From NCBI GenBank assembly GCA_003707115.1, contig PPNB01000013.1:124001-188000 (forward strand): DNA of 64,000 nucleotides. The letters are read 5' to 3'. The notes beneath the pieces were generated by a model. That model did no database searches. It worked only from the letters and a program-made list of their open reading frames with translations, and was not told where the DNA came from. The stretch comes from Tortispora ganteri. Taxonomy: Eukaryota. Shown here piece after piece: positions 20,715-31,076 of the stretch (within the stretch, counting starts at the first letter, position 1; every line of letters begins with the position of its first letter). The position numbers and the translations under genes were made by a program.

Positions 20715-23700
20715 ATGTCACATAATGAATCAATAGCAAAGGAACAAGTGCTCCAACCAGAAATAAAGAGCGCACGGTTTGCAAAGTTTATCCCTTTTGT
20801 AGATAAGGATGTGCCAAAAATACCGGAAACACCTGCAGTGTCCCCTGAGAAGAAGGTCAACATCGTCTCGCAGGTACTATACTCATGGGTGTTCCCCACT
20901 ATATGGACGGGGTATCGCCGCAAGCTCGTCGAGAACGATATATACGAACTCGCAAAAGATCGCGATATAGATATTCTTGTAGATCGACTTATGGCAGCGA
21001 TCGAACGTCGTAAAGACGCTGCGCTTAAAGCCGATCCGAGCAATCCCAACTACGACAAGATCGTACTCAAAGCTGCAAACGAGGTATTCGGCCCTGAATG
21101 GTGGAGTGGAGTCGCCAGTCGGATTTTTGGTGATTTATGCCAGGGAATGTCGCCAATTGTACTACGTCAAGTCATCGAATTCACCGCTCAGAAAACTATA
21201 CAGCCGTCCTTGCCAGTTGGTCGCGGAATTGGAGCCGGTATAGGTCTCTGCTTGATGCTTCTCGCTTTCACTATCGCATCACAGTTTTTTTTCTATCATT
21301 GCACACTCGCCGGAATTGCTATTCGTAACACTTTGACTTGTTGCATATTTCAAAAGAGTTTGAAGCTTTCAAACAAAGCAAAAATGAAGTATAACTCTGG
21401 TCTTATCACCAGTATGATGGCTACCGACACGTCTAGGCTCGAATACGGTGCCATTTTCGTCACTTTCCTACCCTCCTCCATAATAATGGTTCTCATTTCG
21501 ATTGTAATTCTGTTGATTTATCTCACCTATAGCGCTCTGGCCGGCATAGGTCTATTGCTGGTCATGACGCCGCTGCTCACCATTCTCACCCGCATGACTA
21601 TGAAACGGCGCCGCAAGATCTCAACAGTCACAGATGAACGTATTCGCGTGATGCAAGAAATTCTTAATTCTATGCGTGCTATCAAATACTATGCGTGGGA
21701 AAACGCATTTGTTCAGAAGGTACTGCAAATCAGGCATCTAGAGGTCTCGCGAATGAACGTTGTTAATAGTATCAGGTATGGAATTGTCGCTATAGCTATG
21801 TCCATATCAACATTGGCATCTATGTTGTCTTTCATTGTACTATTTTATTCACACATAGAGTTCAATTCTGCGACTATTTTCTCTTCGCTTTCGTTGTTCA
21901 ACATGATGCGCCTCCCACTGATCTTTATGCCAATCGCTCTCAACCACCTCGTCGACAGTCTTGCCGCTTTTGAGCGTATCAACGACTTCCTTCTTGCTGA
22001 GGAATGGGAAGACTGCGTACTCCCGATGTCTGACGAAAAAAATGCCATTGTGCTAGAGAACGCTTCTTTTGTATGGGAAGTCTCTGAACCAGAACAGATT
22101 AAGAAACCTGTTCCCCCGCGCCGCGGACTAAAGGGTTTATTCTCGAAAGTTAAGTCTCCTCAATCAGTTGTTTCCGCTGAAGAAAAGCGTGACGATTTTA
22201 GCTCCGATGCTTCCAGTGATTCCTCGACTACTACGTTCAGTCTTAAGGACCTCAACCTTACGGTCGCTAAAGGCGAACTTATTGTGATAACTGGTGCTAT
22301 CGGTACTGGAAAGTCATCTTTGCTATCTGCCATTAGTGGATCAATGAGAAAAACGTCTGGAACCCTTAAAATTGACGGATCCCTGGTATACTGTTCTGAC
22401 CCATGGGTTCTTAACACTACGGTCCGTAACAATATCACCTTTGGCCGTCCGTTTGACTCCAAAAAATACCAACAGACTATAGAGGCATGTGCTTTGAATT
22501 CTGATTTAGCGCAGTTTCCTAACGGAGATATGACTGAAATCGGCGAAAGAGGTATCACTATTTCTGGTGGTCAAAAGGCACGTATCAACTTAGCACGTGC
22601 TACCTATCAGTCTAGTGAAATTGTCGTTATGGATGACGTTCTCTCTGCAGTTGATTCTCACGTAGCCAAACATATAATTGAGAAATGTCTCAACGGTGTA
22701 TTGGCACATGCTACTAGAATAATTGCAACGCACCAGCTGCATGTTCTCGATTACGCTGATCGTGTTATATTTACGCCTGGTGACGGAACTATCCGAACAG
22801 GTACCGTCGCAGAGCTCAGAGAAAAGGAACCGGCATTTGCAAGTCTTCTTGAAAGCGGGCAATCATCTGCAGAACAAAACGAAGATGCCAGAGAGACTAT
22901 TAGCTTGACTAGAACAGACTCGCTCACCTGCACGTCTAGCATTGCTCCCTCAAATTATTCCGTGGAACTAGAAGATGAAATGTCAAGTGAATTAAGAATT
23001 ACTGATACTCATTCTAGTGTTCCTAACATCTCGGCATCAGTAACAAAGCAAAGCCGGCCGGTATCATACCGGTCTCAAGCTTTTGCTGGTGATTCTGACC
23101 AAAAGGAAGTCCGAAACATCACTATCACGCAGTCTGAAGTGTACTACCAATACTGGAAAGCCAGTTCTGCCAGTATCGGCGCTATGTCTTTCTTCATTGT
23201 ACTTTTAATAATTGCTTTTGGCGCTGGTGGACAGACTCTGTGCGGTGTCTGGTTGCAATTCTGGATCATAGACAGGTTTGGAAAGAGTGGTTCATTTTAT
23301 ATTGGCATACTTGTGCTTATCACTATATCTTCAAGTATGTTTTTCGGTCTTTATGGGCTCTCAGTTGCAGTATTCTGTGGTAACGCTTCACGCAGGCTCA
23401 ATATCATGGCTGTCGAAAGAATTGTAAGGACGCCCATGGCGTTCTTCGATACTACTCCATTGGGTCGGATATTGAATAGGTTTAGTAAAGATACGGATTC
23501 TATGGATAACGCACTAACTGATTCATACAGATTACTATTCCAAGGTCTGTTTACGATTATGGCCAGTTATGCGCTTTCTGTCAGTTATTTTTACTATTTT
23601 GCGGTTGCGATTGTACCTTTGGCATTGGCATTTGTCCTTTGTGCAGGTTTATATAGTGCAAGTTCTGGCGAGGCTAAGCATATTGAATCAATAGCTAGGT

Positions 23701-24905
23701 CCAAGGCCTATGCTCATTTCAACGAATCACTAGCTGGTATAACGCAAATCAGATCTTATGGTGAACAAGACAGGTTCATTCAAAAACAAAAAGAATTGCT
23801 GAGACTAGTATGCCGAGCGGGAAACTTATCGACGGGAATCCGAAGATGGTTGGGGATGCGGTTAGATTTAGTGGCCGTCGTGACGAACTTCATTATTGCC
23901 ATGCTGGCTGTTAATACTGTTCTCAATGTCGAGGCCTCCGCAGTAGGTCTGGTTCTAGCATATATGACTGCAATTTTAGGTCTGATGTCCTTCACTGTGC
24001 AAAATTACTCAGAAGTGCGAGAAGATATGAACAGCACTGAGAGGATATACGAATACGCCAATCGGCTTGAAAGCGAGGCACCTCTGATTATAGAGGACAA
24101 TCGTCCTCCTGCAAATTGGCCAGCTAAGGCGGAAATTGTTTTTGATCATGTTGTGTTTGGATACAGGCCAGGTTTACCGGACGTTTTGAAGGACATCTCA
24201 TTGAACATTGAATCGGGTCAAAAGATAGGAATATGCGGACGAACAGGCGCTGGTAAAAGCTCAATTATGAATGCTCTATTTAGACTCTCCGAATTGAGGT
24301 CAGGAAGAATTCTTATTGACGGTATTGACTGTGCCAAACTTGGATTACATGACTTGCGGACGAAACTAGCGATCATTCCACAAGACCCAGTACTATTTCG
24401 TGGAACGGTGCGCAGTAATTTGGACCCATTTAACATGTCAGATGATTTAGAACTTTGGGGTGCCTTGCGACGAGCCGGCGCTATCAGAACAGAAGTAGAT
24501 GTTGAGACTAACCACAAGTTTCACTTGGATCAAAAGGTGGATGACGAGGCTGCGAACTACTCATTGGGCGAGCGTCAAATATTAGCACTAGCGCGAGCAT
24601 TAGTACGCAACTCCAAAATTTTGATACTTGATGAAGCGACATCGAGTGTTGACTATGAGACTGATGAGCGAATTCAAGCTAGTATAGCGAAAGAATTTGC
24701 ACATAGCACAATATTGTGCATTGCGCATCGTCTAAGAACGATTCTCGGTTACGATAAAATCTTGGTTTTGGACAAGGGTAAAGTTGCAGAATTTGAAGAG
24801 CCTCTGAAGTTGTTCTTGAAAGAGGATAGTATTTTCCGATCCATGTGCGACAAGTCATCTATCACTCGAGCAGAGTTCCCTGCGATATTATCGAGGGATC
24901 AGTAA
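20715..24905 (+). CDS. YOR1: ABCC/MRP-family transporter, Yor1-like
   Basis: TMD-NBD-TMD-NBD; GAIGTGKS, GERGITISGGQKARINLARA, FFDTTPLGRILNRFSKD, GRTGAGKS, ILILDEATSSVD, IAHRL; first ATG is 20715. Orthology versus paralogy to YOR1 is untested. Confidence 0.88.
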   Translation: MSHNESIAKEQVLQPEIKSARFAKFIPFVDKDVPKIPETPAVSPEKKVNIVSQVLYSWVFPTIWTGYRRKLVENDIYELAKDRDIDILVDRLMAAIERRKDAALKADPSNPNYDKIVLKAANEVFGPEWWSGVASRIFGDLCQGMSPIVLRQVIEFTAQKTIQPSLPVGRGIGAGIGLCLMLLAFTIASQFFFYHCTLAGIAIRNTLTCCIFQKSLKLSNKAKMKYNSGLITSMMATDTSRLEYGAIFVTFLPSSIIMVLISIVILLIYLTYSALAGIGLLLVMTPLLTILTRMTMKRRRKISTVTDERIRVMQEILNSMRAIKYYAWENAFVQKVLQIRHLEVSRMNVVNSIRYGIVAIAMSISTLASMLSFIVLFYSHIEFNSATIFSSLSLFNMMRLPLIFMPIALNHLVDSLAAFERINDFLLAEEWEDCVLPMSDEKNAIVLENASFVWEVSEPEQIKKPVPPRRGLKGLFSKVKSPQSVVSAEEKRDDFSSDASSDSSTTTFSLKDLNLTVAKGELIVITGAIGTGKSSLLSAISGSMRKTSGTLKIDGSLVYCSDPWVLNTTVRNNITFGRPFDSKKYQQTIEACALNSDLAQFPNGDMTEIGERGITISGGQKARINLARATYQSSEIVVMDDVLSAVDSHVAKHIIEKCLNGVLAHATRIIATHQLHVLDYADRVIFTPGDGTIRTGTVAELREKEPAFASLLESGQSSAEQNEDARETISLTRTDSLTCTSSIAPSNYSVELEDEMSSELRITDTHSSVPNISASVTKQSRPVSYRSQAFAGDSDQKEVRNITITQSEVYYQYWKASSASIGAMSFFIVLLIIAFGAGGQTLCGVWLQFWIIDRFGKSGSFYIGILVLITISSSMFFGLYGLSVAVFCGNASRRLNIMAVERIVRTPMAFFDTTPLGRILNRFSKDTDSMDNALTDSYRLLFQGLFTIMASYALSVSYFYYFAVAIVPLALAFVLCAGLYSASSGEAKHIESIARSKAYAHFNESLAGITQIRSYGEQDRFIQKQKELLRLVCRAGNLSTGIRRWLGMRLDLVAVVTNFIIAMLAVNTVLNVEASAVGLVLAYMTAILGLMSFTVQNYSEVREDMNSTERIYEYANRLESEAPLIIEDNRPPANWPAKAEIVFDHVVFGYRPGLPDVLKDISLNIESGQKIGICGRTGAGKSSIMNALFRLSELRSGRILIDGIDCAKLGLHDLRTKLAIIPQDPVLFRGTVRSNLDPFNMSDDLELWGALRRAGAIRTEVDVETNHKFHLDQKVDDEAANYSLGERQILALARALVRNSKILILDEATSSVDYETDERIQASIAKEFAHSTILCIAHRLRTILGYDKILVLDKGKVAEFEEPLKLFLKEDSIFRSMCDKSSITRAEFPAILSRDQ

Positions 24906-24974
24906 CATCTTGAATGACGATTTAATGATATAAGATTAATTAATATGTTAATAACCTTTAGTAATTAGTGGTGA

Positions 24975-25454
24975 TTATCGGCCGTACGGAGTAGAATTAG
25001 TACGAATCTTAGCTCTCCTTATTGGTCCAGATTTTGATTTCTGTTTATTTTGTATGAGAAACAATGGATCATCTTTTGCAGACACTTTGTATTTAGGTGT
25101 AGAGTCTGAGGCTGGTGTGTCTATTAAAGAAGAGTCTTTCTGTTCAGGCTCGACAAGATCATCAATGCGCTTGTTACCCAACAGATATTGTTCTTTATCT
25201 TCTAATTTGCCATTATTTGAAGAGGCTGGACCTGCGTACATCCAATCCACTCTGTCTTTGGTAGGTTTACCAGAGGCGGCGGCCTGCATTTTTTTGAGCT
25301 GCTCGCGCTCGCGATCGAGTTTGAGTTCCTTTGCGCGTTCATTGGCGCGTTTCCGTTGATCTAGAATTTCGCGTTCTTTGGATTTAACCGCCGCTTGATT
25401 CTTCAAAAGTCCTGGATGCCATGATTTCTTGAGGTTGAGGTTGCCGCTGCCCAT
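24975..25454 (-). CDS. CWC25: Splicing factor Cwc25
   Basis: MGSGNLNLKKSWHP, DWMY, YLLG, DDPL motifs. Confidence 0.92.
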   Translation of the reverse strand: MGSGNLNLKKSWHPGLLKNQAAVKSKEREILDQRKRANERAKELKLDREREQLKKMQAAASGKPTKDRVDWMYAGPASSNNGKLEDKEQYLLGNKRIDDLVEPEQKDSSLIDTPASDSTPKYKVSAKDDPLFLIQNKQKSKSGPIRRAKIRTNSTPYGR

Positions 25455-25514
25455 TTGGTAAAGGGAAGAGTGACAGTGGCGCTTAGGTGCTGTGCTGGGA
25501 GGAGTTTCCCACAG

Positions 25515-26450
25515 CTACTCAGTGGACAGATCGACGCCGAAATCGGAGATATTCTCACCGTCGTCATTTAGCCACTGATCCTTTTTGTAATAATTATACA
25601 AAATTTCTCGTTTAGTTTTCATGTCAGAATAGTATGGGTCAGTCGAGACTTCGAAGGGATCCTTTGGTGGCCAGGGATCAGAGGAGGAGCCAGCACGTAG
25701 GCTGAAGGATATGCCATCTCTATTTGTCGACCCAAAAAGCCAGGAGAAGACCGATTCTCCATATACTTCCTTAAGGTTTTTAGATATTCCCAGATCATAA
25801 GGAAACAGAGCTGCTGAGGGTGCCAGAACACCTCTAGTGATTTGTGATCGTACGCGCTCAAGTTCCCAGGACTCTATGGTAGTGATATTCTGCGCGGCAT
25901 TGACGAAAGTGCGGTAAGCCATAATGCCCACGGTCATGAAGACAAAGGCCGATGCCACAGACACGCAAAGTAGCACTGCAAACTCCGTGCGAGTCCAATC
26001 AAATACGTTCATTGGCACGTTCCGTGATGCGTAAATTCTGTATATGAGCAGACAGTCCTGGTATATGAGGTAGCCAGTAGCCATTTCTACCGCGATTAGA
26101 AACCGCGAAAAGTAGCCGTAGTTTGCCACCCCGACACAGTTATCGGTCCACGGACAATGGTGATCCATTCGCAACACACAAATTCCGCATTTCTTACAAT
26201 GATGTGCACGTATCGGCTTGTACCTGTGACATTTCTGGCAGGTAGGGGCATCTAGCGGTTTCGAGCCCTGTATAGAGGGAGCCCAGCCAGCAGGCTTAAC
26301 GATCGCAAGGTAATAAGTCAGACAAACAAGAGCTGTCAATGAAATTGCAATACGCACAGCTCCTGCATTGCTGTGTACATACAGGATCCACGTAGTAGCG
26401 AGTCCATCGCTGAGGATCACAAGCCACGTAATGCAGACCTGCCAGATCAT
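25515..26450 (-). CDS. PFA4: DHHC palmitoyltransferase, Pfa4-like
   Basis: [52 protein letters not shown]; first ATG is 26450. Confidence 0.88.
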   Translation of the reverse strand: MIWQVCITWLVILSDGLATTWILYVHSNAGAVRIAISLTALVCLTYYLAIVKPAGWAPSIQGSKPLDAPTCQKCHRYKPIRAHHCKKCGICVLRMDHHCPWTDNCVGVANYGYFSRFLIAVEMATGYLIYQDCLLIYRIYASRNVPMNVFDWTRTEFAVLLCVSVASAFVFMTVGIMAYRTFVNAAQNITTIESWELERVRSQITRGVLAPSAALFPYDLGISKNLKEVYGESVFSWLFGSTNRDGISFSLRAGSSSDPWPPKDPFEVSTDPYYSDMKTKREILYNYYKKDQWLNDDGENISDFGVDLSTE

Positions 26451-26570
26451 TAATGTGTCGAAACTTGAATTAGAAGTTACCGTTGCTATGCATATGAGCG
26501 CAGTTTGCTGTCCGGGTAACACCGCCTGATCCGCCCCTCCCACTGACTTCGCAGATGCTCGCAAAAGAGC

Positions 26571-27833
26571 ATGCCCGATAAGAAGTACACGCGGGTTGAA
26601 CGATCACGGGACAGAAAAGTGCGAAGACGCAATGAGGAAGCACGTAAGAGCCGTATAAGGGACGTATATGGCGTTGAGCCTACGGAGTTTAACCTCGAAT
26701 CAATTGAAAAGAGTATCGATGCTATCGCCGAGACGCTCCCAGAGCCAGAACCGACGCCGAAATGGGAGCCAGTTTACAATTACAGGTTGCCAAATGAGAT
26801 CGTGTACATGATAGCGAATTATTCGGAAGCGGATATTATCAACTTATTACTTGTGTGCAGACAATTCTATTATCTTCTACGGCCTCGTCTCTACGAAAAG
26901 GTGTACCTGACGCCACGCCGCTATAACAATTTCTATCGTTCTATATCTGAGAACGAGCAACTGCGTCCATTTGTCTCTAACCTGCAGCTTCAGGGGATGT
27001 TGCAGCAGGGTAAAAGTTCTACTAACGCTCGAATACTCACATACTGCGGCCCCCACAATTTGACATCCTTGATCTTACCGCCTACTAAAGTAGGTTTAGT
27101 GGTCCAGAATGCCATATTCAAATGCACCTCCCTTGTCCGCCTTGACATGTCTTATGTTTCTGGTGTAAATCCCATTGACTCGGCCTTTCTGTTCAAATCG
27201 CTTGCCAATTTGCGCCGCCTCGAAGTGCTGAAGCTGCCTCACTGTTCCACTCCAAAGGACCCAGAAGAGGTATCCAGTAAGATAATAACGCTCGACTACG
27301 ATCCCTGGCCTCGACTTAATACGCTACACATAAACGGTTGGTTTCCGAAGCTTTCAGAATCCATGCAAACAACAATGTCTAGGCCTCAGGGTCTTACCGA
27401 AGTGATGTTCCAGAACTCGACAATGGCCCCAGATGAGATCAAGTGGTTTTTGGACACATTTGCACCCCATGCGGCGCAGCTGACGTTTACGTCGTCAATG
27501 CATAACGTTGAGGACGATTTTGCTGACTTTGTTTTAGACACATACCCAGACCTCAGACGCGTTGTAATCCCTGTGGAACATATATCGGCAAACCTCTTCA
27601 GTAACCTGCATACACCTCATAAACTGCAGCTACTTAAGCTGACCTCAGAAAACACGTTCCATAGGGTAGGCAAAATTACAGAAGAAATGGTGTATAATGC
27701 CATGCTAACGGTGCTTCCTTGTCTCAACACCATTATCGTCGAGCATCCTGTCGGCTGGACCGAAGCGAATGACTCTCTTATTGACGTGGCTCTGTTACTT
27801 GAAGAACGCGACGGAGGCTTTTTTATTGACTAA
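26571..27833 (+). CDS. F-box protein with LRR-like C-terminus
   Basis: [12 protein letters not shown]....[10 protein letters not shown].....RLY F-box; downstream LxxLxL repeats. Confidence 0.8.
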   Translation: MPDKKYTRVERSRDRKVRRRNEEARKSRIRDVYGVEPTEFNLESIEKSIDAIAETLPEPEPTPKWEPVYNYRLPNEIVYMIANYSEADIINLLLVCRQFYYLLRPRLYEKVYLTPRRYNNFYRSISENEQLRPFVSNLQLQGMLQQGKSSTNARILTYCGPHNLTSLILPPTKVGLVVQNAIFKCTSLVRLDMSYVSGVNPIDSAFLFKSLANLRRLEVLKLPHCSTPKDPEEVSSKIITLDYDPWPRLNTLHINGWFPKLSESMQTTMSRPQGLTEVMFQNSTMAPDEIKWFLDTFAPHAAQLTFTSSMHNVEDDFADFVLDTYPDLRRVVIPVEHISANLFSNLHTPHKLQLLKLTSENTFHRVGKITEEMVYNAMLTVLPCLNTIIVEHPVGWTEANDSLIDVALLLEERDGGFFID

Positions 27834-27857
27834 TAACTATAAGACATTACATGCATT

Positions 27858-28979
27858 CTATTCTCTTGACATACCATAATTCACGGCGTCAGACACGTTG
27901 TCGCTGATGAAATTTGCGTCCGCGGTGTAATCACCGTCTCTGAATACTCCTGTTCGTACAAGAATCGTATGCCAGCCGTACGCCCTACCTCCTGTTATAT
28001 CACTGGCCGGGTTGTCACCAACCATGTAGATTCTATCTGGATCAAGAGGCGCTAAACTATTTCCGTGCAGTTCAGCACGCCGCTCTGCGAGCACCTTAGC
28101 CGCATAGTCGTATGTAGTTTTGTACGGTTTGCCAATAACGGTGTTGGCGAGCTCAGTACCACCCGACAGACGGCGATATAGCGACCTGACCATCTCTCTA
28201 AAGGCGCCGTTCCCAAGTCGAGGCTGTGCGTAGTCATTTGCAAAGACTAGATCATCGTTGCAGAAGAAAATCGGCACGTGAGCCTCATCGGATACTGTGC
28301 CCAGCAGCCCGCGATCCGATCGCAGGTAATCCAACACGACCTGAGCGTCAAGGCCCCAGTCCCGGGGATCAGTGAAGACGAGAATTCCATCGATAGCAAC
28401 ATTGTCTGGAGGTTCTGGTATGGCTCCAGGTCCGGCTTTAAATGTCCACATTTGGCGTTGTGATATATTCAGCAGTTGCTCTTCGGTTAATTGTGAGAAA
28501 GGCCAGATTGTATGGCACGCAGCGTATATTTGATTAGGCGTAACGACGTCTTTGTATCCATATGATTTTGCCACTTCGGCACAGCTGTTTGCAGCGCCGC
28601 CGACGACGAGGACGCGCCTGTGTCGCTTGCCCTTTCCGTCGAAGCGATCAACAAGGACATCCGGGTCGAACAGCGAGCGAATTGGTGTGTGCGATTGGAC
28701 AAGAATATGTTCTGGGATATCAGTTTCGAGCATTTGCGAGAGCTCTTCGGTTCTAGCGCGTTCCGTCTTTCCGCCGCCGTTCGTGAGGAGGATGTAGGGC
28801 ACCTTTAGTGAGTTGAGATGCTGGATAGCCTGGCGGCCGTGGTCCAATGCACGCTTCCCGCGAACAAGCACACCGTCAATGTCGAAAGCGAACGCGAGCG
28901 ATGTAGGATCAAAAGATTTTCGTCTATTTACACACTGCGAAAACGTCCTTTGCGGCACTCTATAGGCTGTGCGAAGCAT
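27858..28979 (-). CDS. Mitochondrial HAD class IIA hydrolase (YKR070W/HDHD5-like)
   Basis: FAFDIDGVL, LTNGGG, QSHTP, DPRDW, GKP, MVGDNPASDI. Confidence 0.92.
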   Translation of the reverse strand: MLRTAYRVPQRTFSQCVNRRKSFDPTSLAFAFDIDGVLVRGKRALDHGRQAIQHLNSLKVPYILLTNGGGKTERARTEELSQMLETDIPEHILVQSHTPIRSLFDPDVLVDRFDGKGKRHRRVLVVGGAANSCAEVAKSYGYKDVVTPNQIYAACHTIWPFSQLTEEQLLNISQRQMWTFKAGPGAIPEPPDNVAIDGILVFTDPRDWGLDAQVVLDYLRSDRGLLGTVSDEAHVPIFFCNDDLVFANDYAQPRLGNGAFREMVRSLYRRLSGGTELANTVIGKPYKTTYDYAAKVLAERRAELHGNSLAPLDPDRIYMVGDNPASDITGGRAYGWHTILVRTGVFRDGDYTADANFISDNVSDAVNYGMSRE

Positions 28980-28986
28980 ATCGGGC

Positions 28987-29016
28987 GGTGGATGTGCAGG
29001 TGGTGGATGTGCAGGT
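28987..29016. repeat. Tandem 15-nt duplication just upstream of the HAD gene ATG
   Basis: GGTGGATGTGCAGGT x2. Confidence 0.75.
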
Positions 29017-29100
29017 GGTAGTGGGGGGAAAGGTCACGATGCACAAAAAAGGAGGGAAGGGCTAGCCGCACATGTGATTGTCATGTATGAAATTAGAACA

Positions 29101-30243
29101 TCACACTAGATTTGGTTCGGCAGCACGTTTAAGACATTTTCCAGAACATATTTCGCGTCTGACAGTTACTCCGTTGTTTCCAAAAACATTGTCCCATTCC
29201 TCGTAGATCACGCCGATAGGTTCGACCATAGAGCCTTGTAGACATATTCCGCATATGCTGCCCTGTTTCATAGCATCAATCCCCGAGGCGATCCTGTTCA
29301 GTGATTGAACGGGCAGCAGATTATCGCTAGATAAAGCAAGCTGTTTGTGCGTGCGCTCAATTGACGGGTGGCGGCCGAGGACGCGCAGACAAAGTTCTGT
29401 GAGTTTAGGCGCGTGCAAGTCGGACGTAGTAAGATGGGTGATTGTGCGGTCATATAGCTCAGGCATCGTAGCATATACTTTTGTTGCAGGCCTTTTATCG
29501 ACTTTTAAGTGCGATATATCGCTGGTAGCACGCGCGATAGCTGAGCGCGTGCGGTCAGCTTTAGGACGCAATGCTTTGAACGGGTTCGGGAAAAGTACAA
29601 CGACTTCCAGCTGCGGCAGGTCAAGGATCTGTGAAGGAATAGAGTCGAGTAAGTTGCCGCCGAGTGACAAGTCGCGAAGATTATTCAGTCTATATATGGC
29701 TGTGGGAATAGATTTGAGCTTGTTGTTGCGTAATGAGAGCACCGATATATTCCAAACGGTGAACAGGAATGGCGGGAGGCGGGTAATAGTATTGTTCGAT
29801 AGTATGAGCCTTAGTTCAGATGTCAGTTTGCCTTGATCAGCACCTAGATGCGAAACCATGTTTTTTAAATCGTTTATCTCATCCGGAACTGTAGACAACG
29901 CGCAGTTGTCGAGGTTCACGTCTGCAGATCCGTTCTCGAGCGCGGCTTGAATGATGGCAGTGACTTTCTCTTGGTGATGGTCGACTTTGAACAAGCGACG
30001 ACGCGATACCGCGGGTAATGGATTAACTACTTCGTAAAGTGAAGTAGATGAATCGCTCTCAAATAACGCTTCAAGGCTGTCAGAATGTGTAGGGTCTAGA
30101 TCAGAGCTGTCGGACGACGCCTCTAGGAACCGTACCTGCGCGCGTTTTCGTTCCGGTGATGAGGTTAACAAACCGCTCAACGATCTGAATTGTCGCTTAT
30201 ACCTTTGTGGCGTATCTGACGCGTCATTAAGTATTCTGTCCAT
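29101..30243 (-). CDS. Leucine-rich-repeat protein with BC-box-like motif and C-terminal Cys cluster
   Basis: LILSNN.I..LP, LSLRNNKL..IP, LSLGGN.L..IP; PKLTELCLRVL; CGIC...ICSGKC; first ATG is 30243. Confidence 0.8.
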   Translation of the reverse strand: MDRILNDASDTPQRYKRQFRSLSGLLTSSPERKRAQVRFLEASSDSSDLDPTHSDSLEALFESDSSTSLYEVVNPLPAVSRRRLFKVDHHQEKVTAIIQAALENGSADVNLDNCALSTVPDEINDLKNMVSHLGADQGKLTSELRLILSNNTITRLPPFLFTVWNISVLSLRNNKLKSIPTAIYRLNNLRDLSLGGNLLDSIPSQILDLPQLEVVVLFPNPFKALRPKADRTRSAIARATSDISHLKVDKRPATKVYATMPELYDRTITHLTTSDLHAPKLTELCLRVLGRHPSIERTHKQLALSSDNLLPVQSLNRIASGIDAMKQGSICGICLQGSMVEPIGVIYEEWDNVFGNNGVTVRREICSGKCLKRAAEPNLV

Positions 30244-30347
30244 AATAAAAAGACGCGCTAAGCCGCCAATGTATGTAGGGGAAATGGAAGGTATGGGGAA
30301 GGCACCCTCCAAAGTACATCTCCCACTTCAAAATATCGCGTTTTCAC

Positions 30348-31076
30348 ATGATTAAACGCGCTCTTGATGCCGATGATGACATCATAGATATAGAAATTGA
30401 TCTCTCAGAATTTGAATCAACTTATGAAGAATCTCTAGCTCCAATAGATTTAGAAACTGGTCAAAGACTTGCGTTCCCTGTCTCTGACGTGCCAGTCCAT
30501 GGCGAACCACGTACTGCCGAAGAATACCTTAGCCAGGTCCGAGCAGAGGCTCGCCACCGCCCGCGTATAGCCAGTGCGCTAACCTATAAATCTCAATCTA
30601 CCTCTTTTAATGCTGAAAGAGATATAACTGCATATAACAAACCCATATCTGAGACTATTGAAGCCCATATAGCAGCATACCGTGCTCTACATGCGTCGAT
30701 CGAACGCTCTACGCCTACAGATCCCGCTATTCTTCCGTCGACTCAGGCAGAATGGCGACAACTCATATTTGAAACTAACAGTGTCCCACTTCCTGATTTA
30801 CTCAATACAATAGCGCATACAGAAACTATTAGGCTCATTAAATACTGTTCCAGGTGGCTCTCAGTTCCTGTTAACCCTGGCCTCGAAAAGTGGGTATTCG
30901 CACTCTTCTGTAAACTCGACAAAACCCTCACGAGCGACTGTCTGGCCGTGCTAAGAGCTTTCTGCACCAAATCTATGTCTGTGTACGGTACAGAAACTAA
31001 CCCTTTCCAGCCCGAAATCGCTATACTAGTACATATCCATGAACAGAAGGACTTCGCGCACGCTCTCTCGCTATGA
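30348..31076 (+). CDS. Gemin2/SIP1 (Brr1/Yip11-like) SMN-complex snRNP assembly factor
   Basis: PRTAEEYLSQVRAEA, LP....EW, W.FAL...LD..L......LR motifs of Gemin2. Confidence 0.82.
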   Translation: MIKRALDADDDIIDIEIDLSEFESTYEESLAPIDLETGQRLAFPVSDVPVHGEPRTAEEYLSQVRAEARHRPRIASALTYKSQSTSFNAERDITAYNKPISETIEAHIAAYRALHASIERSTPTDPAILPSTQAEWRQLIFETNSVPLPDLLNTIAHTETIRLIKYCSRWLSVPVNPGLEKWVFALFCKLDKTLTSDCLAVLRAFCTKSMSVYGTETNPFQPEIAILVHIHEQKDFAHALSL

